Counted from the first letter of the stretch, positions 1 to 11,123 are shown. The stretch is 64,000 nucleotides of DNA from Candidatus Eiseniibacteriota bacterium (GCA_963823555.1 CAWGMA010000002.1:640001-704000), one strand, 5' to 3'. Notes: generated by a model from the letters alone, not told the origin. A program made the numbers and translations.

Positions 1-1
1 C

Positions 2-139
2 CCGGCGCACGAGGTGGTCAAGATCGACTACCACCTGCCCGGATGTCCGCCGAGCGCTGAGACCCTGTGGCGGGCGCTCACGGCCTTGCTCGGCGGCGAA
101 GCGGTCGAGCTGCCCTACGAGCTCATCAAGTACGACTGA
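2..139 (+). CDS. hoxY: C-terminal end of NAD(P)-reducing [NiFe] hydrogenase small subunit (partial)
   Basis: Frame 2 reads PAHEVVKIDYHLPGCPPSAETLWRAL...ELIKYD*; the GCPP motif sits directly upstream of the large subunit. Confidence 0.85.
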   Translation, partial: PAHEVVKIDYHLPGCPPSAETLWRALTALLGGEAVELPYELIKYD

Positions 140-147
140 GGTGTGCG

Positions 148-1596
148 ATGACCACGAACGCGAAGAACCGTGTCGTCATCGAACCCCTGACGCGCGTCGA
201 GGGGCACGGTAAGGTCACGATCCTCCTCGACGAGGCCGGGCGCGTCGCGCAGGCGCGGCTCCACATCGTCGAGTTCCGCGGCTTCGAGCGCTTCATCCAG
301 GGGCGGCCCTACTGGGAGATGCCGGTGGCGGTGCAGCGCCTTTGCGGCATCTGTCCGGTGAGTCATCACCTGTGCGCGGCCAAGGCCGTCGACCGCCTGG
401 TGGGCGGTGAGCAGCTCACGCCGACCGCCGAGAAGATGCGCCGGTTGATGCACTACGGGCAGATGTTGCAGTCCCATGCCCTGCACTTCTTCTACCTGGC
501 CTCACCCGATCTCCTCTTCGGCTTCGGCTCCGACCCCGCCTTCCGCAACGTGATCGGCGTCGCCGCGAAGCACCCCGAGCTCGCCCGCCAGGGCATCCTG
601 ATGCGCCGGTACGGACAGGAGATCATCCAGGCGACTGCGGGTAAGAAGATCCACGGCACCGGCGCCATCCCAGGCGGTATCAACAAGAACCTGTCGACCG
701 CGGAGCGGGACGCGCTCTGCGCCGGCCTCGAGCCGATGCCGGCCTGGGCGCGCGACCGCGGTCGAGCTGGCGCGCGAGTACACGCTCTGCTCATCTGCGA
801 GATGCTCGGCGAATTGCGGCTCTTCCCCTCGAACCACCTCTCGCTCGTGCGTGCTGACGGCGCGATGGACCTCTACGACGGCGGCCTGCGGGCGGTCGAT
901 CGCCGAGGGCAACATCGATCTTCGATCACGTGGAGCCGCAGCATTATCTCGACCACATCGCCGAGGAAGTGCGGCCCTGGTCCTACATGAAGTTCCCGTT
1001 CCTCAAGGCTCTGGGCGCGGAGAACGGATGGTACCGGGTCGGCCCGCTGGCGCGGGTCAGCGCCTGCGACTTCATCGACACGCCCGAGGCCGAGGCCGAA
1101 CGGCAGGAGTTCAAGCGTGCGTTTCGGCGGCAAGCCGAGCCCGCTCACCATGGCTTACCACTGGGCGCGGATGATCGAGCTCCTGCACGCGGTCGAGAAG
1201 ATCGAGGAGCTGCTCCACGATCCGGATCTGCAGGGCAACGATCTGGTGGTCGAGCGGAGAGCGGCGGCAGCGAGGCAGTGGCCGTCATCGAGGCACCGCG
1301 CGGGACGCTCTTCCATCACTACCGGGTGGACGAGAACGACCAGGTGACGATGGCGAACCTCATCGTCTCGACGACCAGCAACAACGAACCGATGAATCGC
1401 GCGGTGGCAAGCGTGGCCCGGCGGTATCCTGGATGGCCGGCAGATCACCGAGGGGCTGCTGAACCACGTCGAGGTGGCGATCCGGGCCTACGATCCCTGT
1501 CTCTCCTGCGCCACGCACGCCCTCGGGCAGATGCCCTTGGTAGTCGAGCTCGTCGACGCCGAGGGCAGGATCGTCGACCGGAGGACGAAGGATTGA
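148..1596 (+). CDS. hoxH: Group 3d-type [NiFe] hydrogenase large subunit (several apparent frameshifts)
   Basis: TRVEGHG, L1 motif [22 protein letters not shown]2 motif DPCLSCATH plus C-terminal extension; pieces lie in different frames. Confidence 0.92.
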
Positions 1597-2078
1597 CGGC
1601 ACGGGTGCTGGTATACGGCTACGGCAACCCGGGCCGTGGTGACGACGGGCTCGGGCCGGCTCTGGTCCGAGAGCTGTGTGGTCACGAAATCGGAGACCGG
1701 GTGACGATGGAATCCGGGCTACCAGCTCGGGATCGAGGATGCCGCCCTCGTCGCCGAGCACGACGTCGTCGTCTTCGCCGACGCGGATCGCGGGATTCGG
1801 GCCCCTTTCGCGCTGCGCCGCCTCGAGCCGCGGTGCCGTGCGGAGTTCTCGACCCATGCGTTGGCGCCCGAGACCGTTCTCTCGCTCGCGCAGGAGCACT
1901 TCGGTGGTCCGACCGCGGGGTTCGTCCTGGGGATCCGGGGCTACGAGTTCAGCGAGTTCGGCGAGGAGCTGTCGCCGCCGAGCCCGGCGACAACCTGGTC
2001 GGCGCCGTCGACTTCATGACCGGCGCCTTGCGGAGCGGCGTGTTCGCCGGTGACGCCGCCGTCGACCAGGAGAGGTGA
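1593..2078 (+). CDS. hoxW: Hydrogenase maturation protease (frameshifted)
   Basis: [46 protein letters not shown]; start overlaps the hoxH stop. Confidence 0.85.
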   Translation: MTARVLVYGYGNPGRGDDGLGPALVRELCGHEIGDRVTMESGLPARDRGCRPRRRARRRRLRRRGSRDSGPFRAAPPRAAVPCGVLDPCVGARDRSLARAGALRWSDRGVRPGDPGLRVQRVRRGAVAAEPGDNLVGAVDFMTGALRSGVFAGDAAVDQER

Positions 2079-2083
2079 TCGCG

Positions 2084-2462
2084 ATGTCCGAGGGAAAGCC
2101 GATCGTCCTGTTCGTGGACGATGATCCCGACTATCGCGAGGTCGTGCGCACACTGCTCGAGACCAACGGCTACGAGATGATCGAGGCGGCAAGCGGCGAG
2201 GAGGGGGTCGAGCTCTACAAGAAGAGGAGACCCGACCTCGTGATCGTCGACCTGATGATGGAGGAGGTCGACACCGGTACGAGCTTCGTCAAGGAGCTCC
2301 GCCTGCTGGGCAACGACCGCGCCGATCTTCATGCTGAGCTCGGTGGGGGAGAACCTGAGCCTGACCGTGGACCCGGTGGCGCTGGGCCTCGCCGGCGTGT
2401 TCCAGAAGCCGATCGACAGCGCTACCCTGCTCGGTGTGCTGAAGGCGCGTCTGGGCCGCTAA
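2084..2462 (+). CDS. Single-domain response regulator (frameshift near 2320)
   Basis: VLFVDDDPD...PDLVIVDLMM...FQKP receiver motifs. Confidence 0.85.
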
Positions 2463-2513
2463 CGGGGGAAGATCGGCTCATCGGGTCGCGCTCGGTCCGG
2501 GTGGATCCCGGCC

Positions 2514-3904
2514 CTACGCCTCGAGCGCCGGCAGCTCGACGAAGAAGGTGCTTCCCTTCCCGGGCTCGCTCTCGACCCCGACCCTCCCGCCATGGGCCTC
2601 GACGATCCGCTGCACGATCGAGAGGCCCAGGCCGCTGCCCTTGGCTCCACCCGCGCTGCCCTCCCTTGTGCGGAAGGCGCACGAACTCCTGGAAGAGCCG
2701 GGCCTGGTCCTCCCTGGCGATGCCGTTCCCGTTGTCGCTGACCTCGACGCGTACCATCGGCTCCCGGTACAGGAGGCGAACCACGATGTGTCCGCCCTCC
2801 GGCGTGTACTTGATGGCGTTCGTGATGTAGTTGACGATCGCCTCTTGCAGGAGGCGCTCGTGCCCCAGCACCTGGGGCGCCGGGCGGAGATCTCGAGCTC
2901 CAGCCGGTGATGGCGAGCCTCGGCCATGTCCCTGTAATTCTCGACCAGGCGCGTGATCACCCGGAACAGATCGACCTTGGCGAACTGCGAGTTGATGAGG
3001 TCGGTCTCGAGCAGCGACAGGGTCTGGATGTTGATCATGAAATCGGTGAGATCGCCGAGCCGTTTCAGGCTGCGATCGAGCCAGTCGCGCTGCTTCTCGG
3101 TGATCGCTCCCGCCGCGCCCTCGCGCATGTTCTCGAGCAGCATGCTGACGGCGCCGACCGGGGCTCTGAGGTTGTGAGCCGCAATGTGAAGGAAGTCCTT
3201 GCGCTGCTGGGACAGCCGGCGCAGTTCCTCGTTGGCGAGGAGGATCCGCCGCTCCACGCTCCGCAGGGATCCCGTGAGTCCGAGCAGCAGGAACACGCTG
3301 GTCGAGAACAGCATGCCGTAGACCGCGACGAGCGTGAGCGCGTAGATGCCGGTGAGGGGTCCTTCCGGGCGGCGGCGCCGACGAGCAGCGGAGGGGTTGC
3401 CAGTCCCGACCACTCGACGACAACGAGCAACACGAAGAGGGAATAGGCGACCGCCGAGAGCGCGATCGCCGCCCGGCGGGAGAGCAGGATCGAGCTCACC
3501 ATCACGTGGAGCAGATAGAAGGTAGCGAACGGGGAACGGCCGCCCCCGACGAGCCACACCGCGACGGTCAGCGCCAGGAAATCGAGAATCACGGCGCCAT
3601 AGGTCACTGCCAGGAGGCGTCGCGAAACCCACCACACTTCGGGATCCCGGTACCGGCGGAAGAAGGCCCAGGCCGCACTGTTGTAGAGCGCGATGCAGAC
3701 GGCCAGGAGCACGAAGGCGTTCACATCGAACCGCTGCATGCGGAGCGCGTAACGGGCGAAGATCGATGCGAACAGGATGCCGACGGCGACCCGGGTGCGG
3801 ACCCGCGTGTAAATGTAGAAGTTCCGCCCGATGATCGCGCTGTGATCGGGGAATGCGGTCCCCGGCGCCGGGACCATCCCGGATGGGTCGGATTGTTTCA
3901 TCAT
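2514..3904 (-). CDS. Membrane sensor histidine kinase (frameshifted)
   Basis: N-terminal multi-TM region, H-box AAHNLRAP, N-box [31 protein letters not shown] across three frames. Confidence 0.88.
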
Positions 3905-4099
3905 GTCGGGATGAGAATAGCAGCAAGCCCGGAGCGGGGGAATGCCGGATCCGTGGGACATCTTCCCGCCCGTCGTTACTGCAGCAGCAGCATCCTCCGC
4001 TGCGTCACCTCACCGCCCGCCCGCAGGCGATACCCCGGCTCACCCAGGCCATCCACAGTTCGTAGCCGTCCGGAATCTCACGCACCTCCATGTCCTCGA

Positions 4100-4816
4100 T
4101 CAATCGGCTGCCCGGCCGCCAAGCCGCGCGATCGCAGCGCGCGTGCCGCCGGGATCGTTAGTCAGGACCGCATCCACATCCATCTCGATGTAGCGCGGCA
4201 GCCGCCGGTTGAGATCCGGGTCGAGCGGACAGACGAGCTGCCCGCGCCGGTGGGCGAGGCGCACGTAGAAGGGATTCAGCTTGAGGAGCGTCCAGTAGGG
4301 CCCGAGAAGCTCGGTCGGCTGAGTCGGCAGCGGGTTGTGGATGGAGATATGACCGGTCGGGCACCCCGGGGCCACCGCCTTGAGCTGCTTCACGCGCTCG
4401 AGCTGGAACGAGATGGCGAAGACAGACCGCGCCCCGATGCGCTCGGCGATCGCTCCCGCCAGAGCTTGCGCCGCATCCGCGGTGGCGAATCGCGGATCCT
4501 TGAGCTCGAGGGCGAGGAGGATGCGCGGCGACATCCCGGCGAGGACCTCGGCGAGGGTCGGGATCCGCTCGTCGGGAAAGCGGTCGGCGAAGCGCGAGCG
4601 CACGCGCAGCGCCTGGATCTCGGCGAGCGTGACCGCGCTCACCGGCCGCGGATCGCCGGTCATGCGCTCGAGCGTCGCATCGTGATGGCAGACGAGGTGG
4701 CCGTCGGCCGTGAACCAGAGATCGGTCTCGATGATGTCGGCCCCGGCCTCGACCGCAAGCTGGAACGCGGCGGGCGTGTTCTCCGGCGCATGGTCGGAGT
4801 CGCCGCGATGGGCCAT
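4100..4816 (-). CDS. Glycerophosphodiester phosphodiesterase family protein (start may be slightly upstream)
   Basis: AHRG...PENT...IETD...HD.TLERMT...ELK...TNDP motifs. Confidence 0.9.
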   Translation of the reverse strand: MAHRGDSDHAPENTPAAFQLAVEAGADIIETDLWFTADGHLVCHHDATLERMTGDPRPVSAVTLAEIQALRVRSRFADRFPDERIPTLAEVLAGMSPRILLALELKDPRFATADAAQALAGAIAERIGARSVFAISFQLERVKQLKAVAPGCPTGHISIHNPLPTQPTELLGPYWTLLKLNPFYVRLAHRRGQLVCPLDPDLNRRLPRYIEMDVDAVLTNDPGGTRAAIARLGGRAAD

Positions 4817-5121
4817 GACGTAGGGCCGCGGGCGGCCGGCGAGGGGATTGGGCTCGGTTCGGATCGGGGTCTCCCGGGTTCGGGTGACGGCGGCAGCCCG
4901 GCAAGGCTAGCCGATGCCCGCCCCGGCCGCCAGGAGTCGCGCGCGGGGGTTTGACAGCGATTTGACGACCAGTCACCGGCAGGCGGGATCGGAATCAAGG
5001 ATGGGGGATTCCGGCCCGCGTCGGGTGGGGCGAGGGCCCCGCCGGGGGGCGCCGGGCCGGGACTTCTCCATCCGGGCGACCCCGTCGGGCGCCGCTCGAG
5101 GCATCACCGAGGAGGGAGAGG

Positions 5122-5829
5122 ATGATCACGCTCAGACCGGCCGCCGAGCGGGGCGGCGCCGACCACGGCTGGCTCGACACCCGCCACACCTTCTCCTTCG
5201 CCGACTACCATGACCCGTCGCACAGGGGTTTTCGCGGGCTCCGCGTCATCAACGAGGACCGTGTCAAGCCCGGCACCGGTTTCGGCACGCATCCGCATCG
5301 CGACATGGAGATCATCACCTATCTCCTCTCGGGAGCGCTCGAGCACAAGGACTCGATGGGGAACGGATCGATCATCCGCCCGGGTGAGGTGCAGCGCATG
5401 AGCGCGGGCACCGGGGTCCTGCACAGCGAGTTCAACCCGTCGCCCACCGATCCCGTGCATTTCCTCCAGATCTGGATCCTGCCGGCGAAGAAGGGGATCA
5501 CACCGGGCTACGAGCAGAAGGCCTTTCCATCGTCGGAGCGGGAAGGAAAGCTGCGGCTCATCGCTGCCCGCGACGGCCATGCCGGCGCGATCACGATCAA
5601 TGCCGACGCCGCCGTCCATGCCTCGCTCCTTGGTTCCGGCGCCGAGGTGCGGCACGAGCTCGCGAACGGACGTCACACCTGGGTGCATGTGGCCCGTGGT
5701 GCCATCGAGCTCAATGGAGTGGCCATGGGCGCCGGGGATGGAGCGGCGATCTCGGATGAGACCACTCTCGTGCTGGCCGGGAGGGATGGCGAGACGCCGG
5801 CCGAGGTTCTGGTCTTCGATCTGGCCTAG
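5122..5829 (+). CDS. Pirin family protein (YhhW-like)
   Basis: HGWL..RHTFSFA.Y, GFGTHPHRDMEIITY, MSAGTGVLHSE, LQIWI. Confidence 0.95.
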   Translation: MITLRPAAERGGADHGWLDTRHTFSFADYHDPSHRGFRGLRVINEDRVKPGTGFGTHPHRDMEIITYLLSGALEHKDSMGNGSIIRPGEVQRMSAGTGVLHSEFNPSPTDPVHFLQIWILPAKKGITPGYEQKAFPSSEREGKLRLIAARDGHAGAITINADAAVHASLLGSGAEVRHELANGRHTWVHVARGAIELNGVAMGAGDGAAISDETTLVLAGRDGETPAEVLVFDLA

Positions 5830-5945
5830 CGATCGGCCGGCTCCGGCGTCGCCTCAGCTGTGGACAGCGAAGGCTTGTCTGTTCGTGTTTTGCCTGCCAT
5901 CCTATCCTCTCCACGGACGTTCTGCCCCCACGCCGGAGAGGATCC

Positions 5946-8900
5946 ATGCCCAGCCCCATGCTCCACGCCATGCTTCGCGCGGCCACCATGACCGCCATGG
6001 CCGCTGTCGTGCTCGCCGCCCCCGCCCCGGCCGCGGATCGGGATTTCGCCGCCATGGGTCCCGACCAGACGATCGCGGCCTTTCGGGTCGAATGCCTCTA
6101 CGACAACGAGGCCGGAATGGTCATGGGGGCTCGACTCCGCCACGGGCCGAGCGGCATGGTCCTCGACTGCCTCCGCATCCAGTCGGTACCGCAGGCCTTC
6201 ATGTACGTGAACACGCCGCCCTCCTCCGATCGCGGTGAGCCCCACACCTGCGAGCACCTGCTCCTCGGCAAGGGCGTGCGGGGACGCGCCGTGGCCTCGC
6301 TCGAGGAGATGTCGCTCGGCACGAGCTCGGCCTTCACCATGCGGCTTCGTACCTGCTACCACTTCCACACCGCGGCCGGCGCCGAGACCTTCTACGATCT
6401 CCTCGAGGCCAAGCTCGCTGCTCTCGTCCATCCCGATTTCACCGACGAGGAGATCCGGCGCGAGGTCTGCAACATGGGTGTCGCCGTCGACCCGTCGACC
6501 GGGGACGTCCACCTCGAGGAGAAGGGAACCGTCTACAACGAGATGGTCTCGAGCTTCGAGCGCCCGTGGAGCCCTCTCATGCGCCAGCTGGAGCCGCTTC
6601 TCTACGGTGCGCGCCATCCGCTCGCGCTCTCCTCGGGGGGCTTTCCCGATTCGATCCGCACCATGGTCCCCGGGCACATGCGGGAATTCCTCGCCGACAC
6701 GCATCGCCTGTCGAACATGGGCATGATCGTGACCATCCCGGACGAGATCGCCCTCGACGATTGCCTCGAGCGCCTGAGCGCGATCCTCGCCCGGGTGGAA
6801 CCGGAGGCCCGCCCCGGAGCCGATCCGGCCACGGCCTACGATCGCCTGCCGTCCGCGAGGCCCGCCGCGCCGGGCGCGGTGCGCGTCGCCGAGTTCCCGC
6901 ACCCGAATCCGAACGAGCCGGGGATGATCCTTCTCGGCTGGGCGCCGCGGCTCGATCTCGACCTCGGGGAGGCCCTTCTCCTCGACCTTCTCGTGGGCAA
7001 CCTGGCCGGCGGCGAGACCTCCGATCTCTATCGCCGGTTCGTCGACTCGCAGACCCGGGGCATGGACACCGGGGCCACGGAGATCTTGAGCTGGACCACC
7101 GCATACCCGGGGCACCCCTTCTTCATCGGTCTCGGCAATGTCCGCCCCGATGTGATGACACCCGAGAAGATCGAGGCGGTGCGGGAGGTCATCCTCGGTG
7201 AGCTGGCGCGGGTGGCCGACTTCGCCGATGGATCCCCAGAGCTTCGCGCCTACAACCAGCGGGCGCTAGGCCGCCTCATCGAGAGTCGCCGTTCCCTCCG
7301 CAAGTTCTTGAACTCACCACCCGGTTTCGGCGCCCGCAATCTCGGTGCCGCCTGGATGGAGCATCTCGACCACCTGGCCACGGCCGGCGGCGCTCGCCGT
7401 TCGCTGGCCATGCAGGAGCCATTCTCGGCCGTCGAGCAGCTGATCGCGTCTGATCGCAACTTCTGGCGGGAGCGCATCGCGGCCTGGCAGCTCGTGACGC
7501 GAACGCCGGCGGCGGTCGCCGTCAAGCCCAACCCGGAGATCCTGGCCCGCTCGGAGGCCGCTCGTGCCGACCGCATCGCCCGCTTCACCGCCGATCTCGA
7601 GCGCCGCTACGGAGTCGAGAGTCCCGAGGCGGCGATCGCGCACTTCCGGGAGGAGTATGATGCGGCCACCGCCGAGATCGACGCTGCGGCCGCGGACACC
7701 GCGCTGCCGCGCTTCATCGATCAGCCTCCGCTCACCCTCGATGACCTCCTGCGCTACGAGGTCGGGGAATTCCCCGGCGCGGATGGCGCCCCGCTCGTGA
7801 CCTCGATCTTCGAGAACCTGAGCGGAGCCACGATCGGCATGGCGTTCCGTCTCGACGTGGTGCCGGAGTCGCTTCTCGTCTACGTGCCGGCGCTGCCCAC
7901 GCTCCTGGCCGATGTCGGGGTGATCCAGGATGGGAAACCCCTGACCTACGACGCGATGAAGGAGGCGATCCGCCGGGAGATCCTCGAGCTCACCACCTAC
8001 TTCACGTCGGACCAGCGCACGGGACGCACCGAGCTCGCCCTGAGGGCCGGAGGGACGGATATCGGCGAGACCGAGCGCGCGCTCGGATGGATGGGGGAGG
8101 CCCTGTTCGCGCCCGACTGGCGGGTCGAGAACCTGCCGCGGCTTCGTGACGTGGTGGACGGTGCGCTGGCCCGGGCCCGCGACCGCATGCACGAGTGGGA
8201 GGAGATGTGGGTGCGGGAGCCCTCCGACGGCTACCGCCAGCAGGACGATCCGCTCTTCCTCCACGCGCAGTGCTTCCTCACCCAGGAGCATGCGCTGCAC
8301 CGGCTGCGCTGGCTTCTCAAGGACCCGGGCGCCGCCGAGGAGCTCGCCGCGACCAGGGGATTTCTGATGGATGTCGCGGATTTCGGCGAGATGAGCGATC
8401 GCGCCGGGCTTGTGGCCCTGGCCACGGCACTCGCCGACAGCGCGGCCGGCGTCGATCTGTCTCCGGCGGCGGGCCGGCTGGTCACGGCGGCGGCGGCGCT
8501 CCCCGTCGCGAGCCGGGAGGCGATCGCGGCGGCGGCACGGGATCTCAGGCAGAGCCTCCCTGCGCTTCCCGAGGAGACCCTGGCGCAGGACTGGAGCTAT
8601 CTCTGCGCGCAGATGGCGGCGGACCTCGCCGTACCACCGGCAACGGCATTGGCGGCGCTCGCCCAGGTCAGGAACCTCATCCTGCGCGCGGACAACCTGC
8701 GGGGTTTCCTGGTGGCGAGCACGAGGACGGCCGCCGAGCTCGAGCCCAGCATGGCGGCCCTGGCCGCCCGTCTGGGCCGCGAACCGGCGGTGCGGCAGAC
8801 CTACGGCGCGCAGCCCCGGGTCGCTCTCCGTGCCGGCGACCGCATCCCGGAGCTGGCCGTGGCCGGGGAGAAGGGCGGCCCGCCTCCGACCACGGTCGGA

Positions 8901-9608
8901 CTCCTGAATGAGAGCACGCGGAACGGGGTCGTGATGAACAGCGCCCCGGCGCCGAGCTACTTCGAGACCGACCGCGCCTCGCTCCTCAACTTTCTGGCCT
9001 CGCGACTCTATGCCGGCGGCGGCGCCCACAGTCTCTTCATGCGCACCTGGGGCGCCGGGCTCGCCTACTCGAACGGGGTGGGCTCGAGCGAGAGCCAGGG
9101 GCGGATCATGTACTACGCCGAGCGCTGTCCCGATCTCGCCCAGACCGTTCGCTTCGTGGTGGATGAGCTTGAGAACGCGCCCGCCGACACGTCGCTTGCC
9201 GAGTACTCGCTGGCGCAGGCTTTCTCCTCCGATCGCGGTGCTCAGCGCTACGAGCAGCGAGGCGAGGCGATGGCGGCCGACTTGACCGACGGCGTGACAC
9301 CCGAGGTCGTGCGCGATTTCCGCACCGCGCTCCTCGATCTCCGCTCCGACCCCGATCTCTACGGCGAGTTGCGGGCGCGAATGGAGTCCGTCTACGGGAA
9401 GGTGTTGCCCGGGGTGGGGGAGGCCGGAGTGCCCGCGCCGGGCGCCGGGCAGTCCTTCATCATCGGGCCGGAGAAGCAGTTCCAGTCGTATGACGGATAC
9501 CTGAAGGGAGTCGCGGGGGAGACGGTCCGCCTCTACCGTCTCTATCCCCGCGACTTCTGGATCACGCGTCCACAGACAGGCAACGCGCACCCAAGAACGA
9601 GAATCTGA
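5946..9608 (+). CDS. Large M16 (inverzincin) metallopeptidase-like protein with probable signal peptide
   Basis: HxxEH (HTCEH), downstream KGTVYNEM as in PreP/M16C enzymes, GLAY near the C-terminus; N-terminal AVVLAAPAPA-A signal-like segment. Confidence 0.75.
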   Translation: MPSPMLHAMLRAATMTAMAAVVLAAPAPAADRDFAAMGPDQTIAAFRVECLYDNEAGMVMGARLRHGPSGMVLDCLRIQSVPQAFMYVNTPPSSDRGEPHTCEHLLLGKGVRGRAVASLEEMSLGTSSAFTMRLRTCYHFHTAAGAETFYDLLEAKLAALVHPDFTDEEIRREVCNMGVAVDPSTGDVHLEEKGTVYNEMVSSFERPWSPLMRQLEPLLYGARHPLALSSGGFPDSIRTMVPGHMREFLADTHRLSNMGMIVTIPDEIALDDCLERLSAILARVEPEARPGADPATAYDRLPSARPAAPGAVRVAEFPHPNPNEPGMILLGWAPRLDLDLGEALLLDLLVGNLAGGETSDLYRRFVDSQTRGMDTGATEILSWTTAYPGHPFFIGLGNVRPDVMTPEKIEAVREVILGELARVADFADGSPELRAYNQRALGRLIESRRSLRKFLNSPPGFGARNLGAAWMEHLDHLATAGGARRSLAMQEPFSAVEQLIASDRNFWRERIAAWQLVTRTPAAVAVKPNPEILARSEAARADRIARFTADLERRYGVESPEAAIAHFREEYDAATAEIDAAAADTALPRFIDQPPLTLDDLLRYEVGEFPGADGAPLVTSIFENLSGATIGMAFRLDVVPESLLVYVPALPTLLADVGVIQDGKPLTYDAMKEAIRREILELTTYFTSDQRTGRTELALRAGGTDIGETERALGWMGEALFAPDWRVENLPRLRDVVDGALARARDRMHEWEEMWVREPSDGYRQQDDPLFLHAQCFLTQEHALHRLRWLLKDPGAAEELAATRGFLMDVADFGEMSDRAGLVALATALADSAAGVDLSPAAGRLVTAAAALPVASREAIAAAARDLRQSLPALPEETLAQDWSYLCAQMAADLAVPPATALAALAQVRNLILRADNLRGFLVASTRTAAELEPSMAALAARLGREPAVRQTYGAQPRVALRAGDRIPELAVAGEKGGPPPTTVGLLNESTRNGVVMNSAPAPSYFETDRASLLNFLASRLYAGGGAHSLFMRTWGAGLAYSNGVGSSESQGRIMYYAERCPDLAQTVRFVVDELENAPADTSLAEYSLAQAFSSDRGAQRYEQRGEAMAADLTDGVTPEVVRDFRTALLDLRSDPDLYGELRARMESVYGKVLPGVGEAGVPAPGAGQSFIIGPEKQFQSYDGYLKGVAGETVRLYRLYPRDFWITRPQTGNAHPRTRI

Positions 9609-9651
9609 TGGCGCTTGCCGGCTGCGCCGGCTGCCGGTCCCGGCTGCTTCG

Positions 9652-10332
9652 TCAGGCCGTCACCTTCTTCTGCGCCTCGAGCACCGCGGCCAGGAAGCGG
9701 GATTCTCCCTGCGCGCCGAGGAGCTCGACCCGGTCGTTGATCACGATCTTCGGCACCCCGGAGATGTCGTAGCGCCGCACGAGATCAGGGAACTCGCTCG
9801 CTTCGACCACATCCGCCGTCACTCGCTCGCTCTCGATCGCGAACTGATGAGCCAGGCGCGCCGCGCCCGGGCAGTGCGGTCAGGTGGGGGTGACGAAGAC
9901 CTGGATGTGGACGTCCTCCTTGAGTCCGGCAAGTGTCTCCCGGGTCTCCGGAGTGAGGGTGGTCGTCCCGCTGGAGACCTCGACCAGGTCCTGGACCAGG
10001 CTTGCGAACTCGTAGCCGCTGGGGATTCCGATGTAGCGCACCCGCCCCTTGGCCGCTCCCTTGAGCGTGAAGGCCGGAATGTGGTCGATGCCCTCGGCCC
10101 GGGCCGCGGCCTCGTCGGCCACGAAGTCCCGTACCTCGAGCTGGATCGAGTCGGAGAGCGATGCCACCTCGGTCAGGAGCTCGCGCGTCTCCTTGCAGGT
10201 CATGCACTCCTGGATCGGCAGGATGATCTTGGATTCGCGTTGCGTGTAGAGCTCGATCGTGACCGGTGCGGTCAGGTTCTTGTCAAAGTGGTCCTTGAGG
10301 AGCTGGGTCTCCCGGGTCGGGATCAGGTTCAT
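9652..10332 (-). CDS. Selenocysteine-containing protein-disulfide oxidoreductase (two-thioredoxin-fold PDO/AhpF-N-like; CMTC + UPHC)
   Basis: ORF stops at TGA 9880-9882 in VFVTPT-TGA-PHC, but the frame continues with PDO-like sequence (EASEFPDL...SGVPKIVIND...GAQGE) to TGA at 9652-9654; also GIPSGYEF. Confidence 0.9.
9852..9870 (-). promoter_or_regulatory. Candidate bacterial SECIS hairpin
   Basis: CCGGGCGC-GGC-GCGCCUGG stem-loop begins 10 nt after the in-frame UGA and has a G-containing loop. Confidence 0.6.
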
Positions 10333-10445
10333 GGTTCTCTCCCTCCACCTGGTGAGAGCCAGGATGCCGGATGGAGGGTTCAGGCGGGGAGCGGGTCCGC
10401 CGACTTCAGCTAGAGCACGCTCCCGCCGGAGATTGCGCGTTCGCC

Positions 10446-11123
10446 CTACCGGTAGAGAGCCTTCACCGAGCCCCAGCTCGTCGGATCGACGGAGATGGGC
10501 GAGCAGAGGTTGACCGGCGAGGCACTGTTCCTCGGCGCCGCGGTTCCGGGCAAGAAATCGGCCGCGTTGTCATCGGTGTCCGTGCAACCCTCGTTGAGAC
10601 GGAAGCCGGCGTTCGTGTTGGAGAGCACCGGGCACGCGCCCGCGCCTTCGAAGCAGTTCGCGCTGCCGTAGCCCACCAGATCCACATAGCCCGGCGGGCA
10701 GGCGCCCGAAAGGGCGGTCGCGGACTGCACCAGCGCGACCTTCCCGCTCGTGGCCGACAAGGAGATCGTGCCGGAGGCGTCCGGCGTCGGGAGCGGCGTA
10801 GTTCCGCCGGCACCCTGGGCTTCCTGCACCAGATAGTACCCACCCGCGGGGATGGTCCCGCCCAGCAGCGTCACCTGCCACGTGCTTCCCGCGGACGAGG
10901 CGTACTGAACCGACCATCCAGAGACGTTGATCGGAACGCCGCTCCTGTTGAACAGCTCGATGAAATCGCTCGTGTAGGTCGATCCGCTGTTGCCACCGCC
11001 GCCGTACACCTGGCTGATGACCAGGTCGCTCGTGGCAAGAACGGGGGCCGTGAAGAGGATCAGGAGACCGACGGCAAGAAGAGAGGCCGAAATCCCAGGA
11101 GACCGCATGTAGAAACGGCGCAT
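10446..11123 (-). CDS. Secreted lamin-tail-domain protein with C-terminal TSWGSVKALYR tag
   Basis: Signal peptide, LVISQVYGGGGNSG...DFIELFN...GWSVQYAS LTD pattern, DTDDNAADF. Confidence 0.85.
   Translation of the reverse strand: MRRFYMRSPGISASLLAVGLLILFTAPVLATSDLVISQVYGGGGNSGSTYTSDFIELFNRSGVPINVSGWSVQYASSAGSTWQVTLLGGTIPAGGYYLVQEAQGAGGTTPLPTPDASGTISLSATSGKVALVQSATALSGACPPGYVDLVGYGSANCFEGAGACPVLSNTNAGFRLNEGCTDTDDNAADFLPGTAAPRNSASPVNLCSPISVDPTSWGSVKALYR

Noticed and set aside
1492..1518. hoxH as a [NiFeSe] hydrogenase
   Set aside because: The L2 motif is DPCLSC with Cys codons, not TGA
148..3904. Frameshifts in hoxH, hoxW, the regulator and the kinase (also 45.9-47.2 kb and 50.6-51.2 kb) as pseudogenisation or programmed frameshifting
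   Set aside because: The indels are dense and clustered, all motifs are intact, and there are no slippery sites; uncorrected long-read errors are more likely
5826..9590. Long antisense or alternate-frame ORFs (e.g. 5826-7115, 7314-9590, 48983-50827, 25252-26700)
   Set aside because: Shadow ORFs expected in high-GC coding DNA; Arg/Gly/Pro-rich with no motifs
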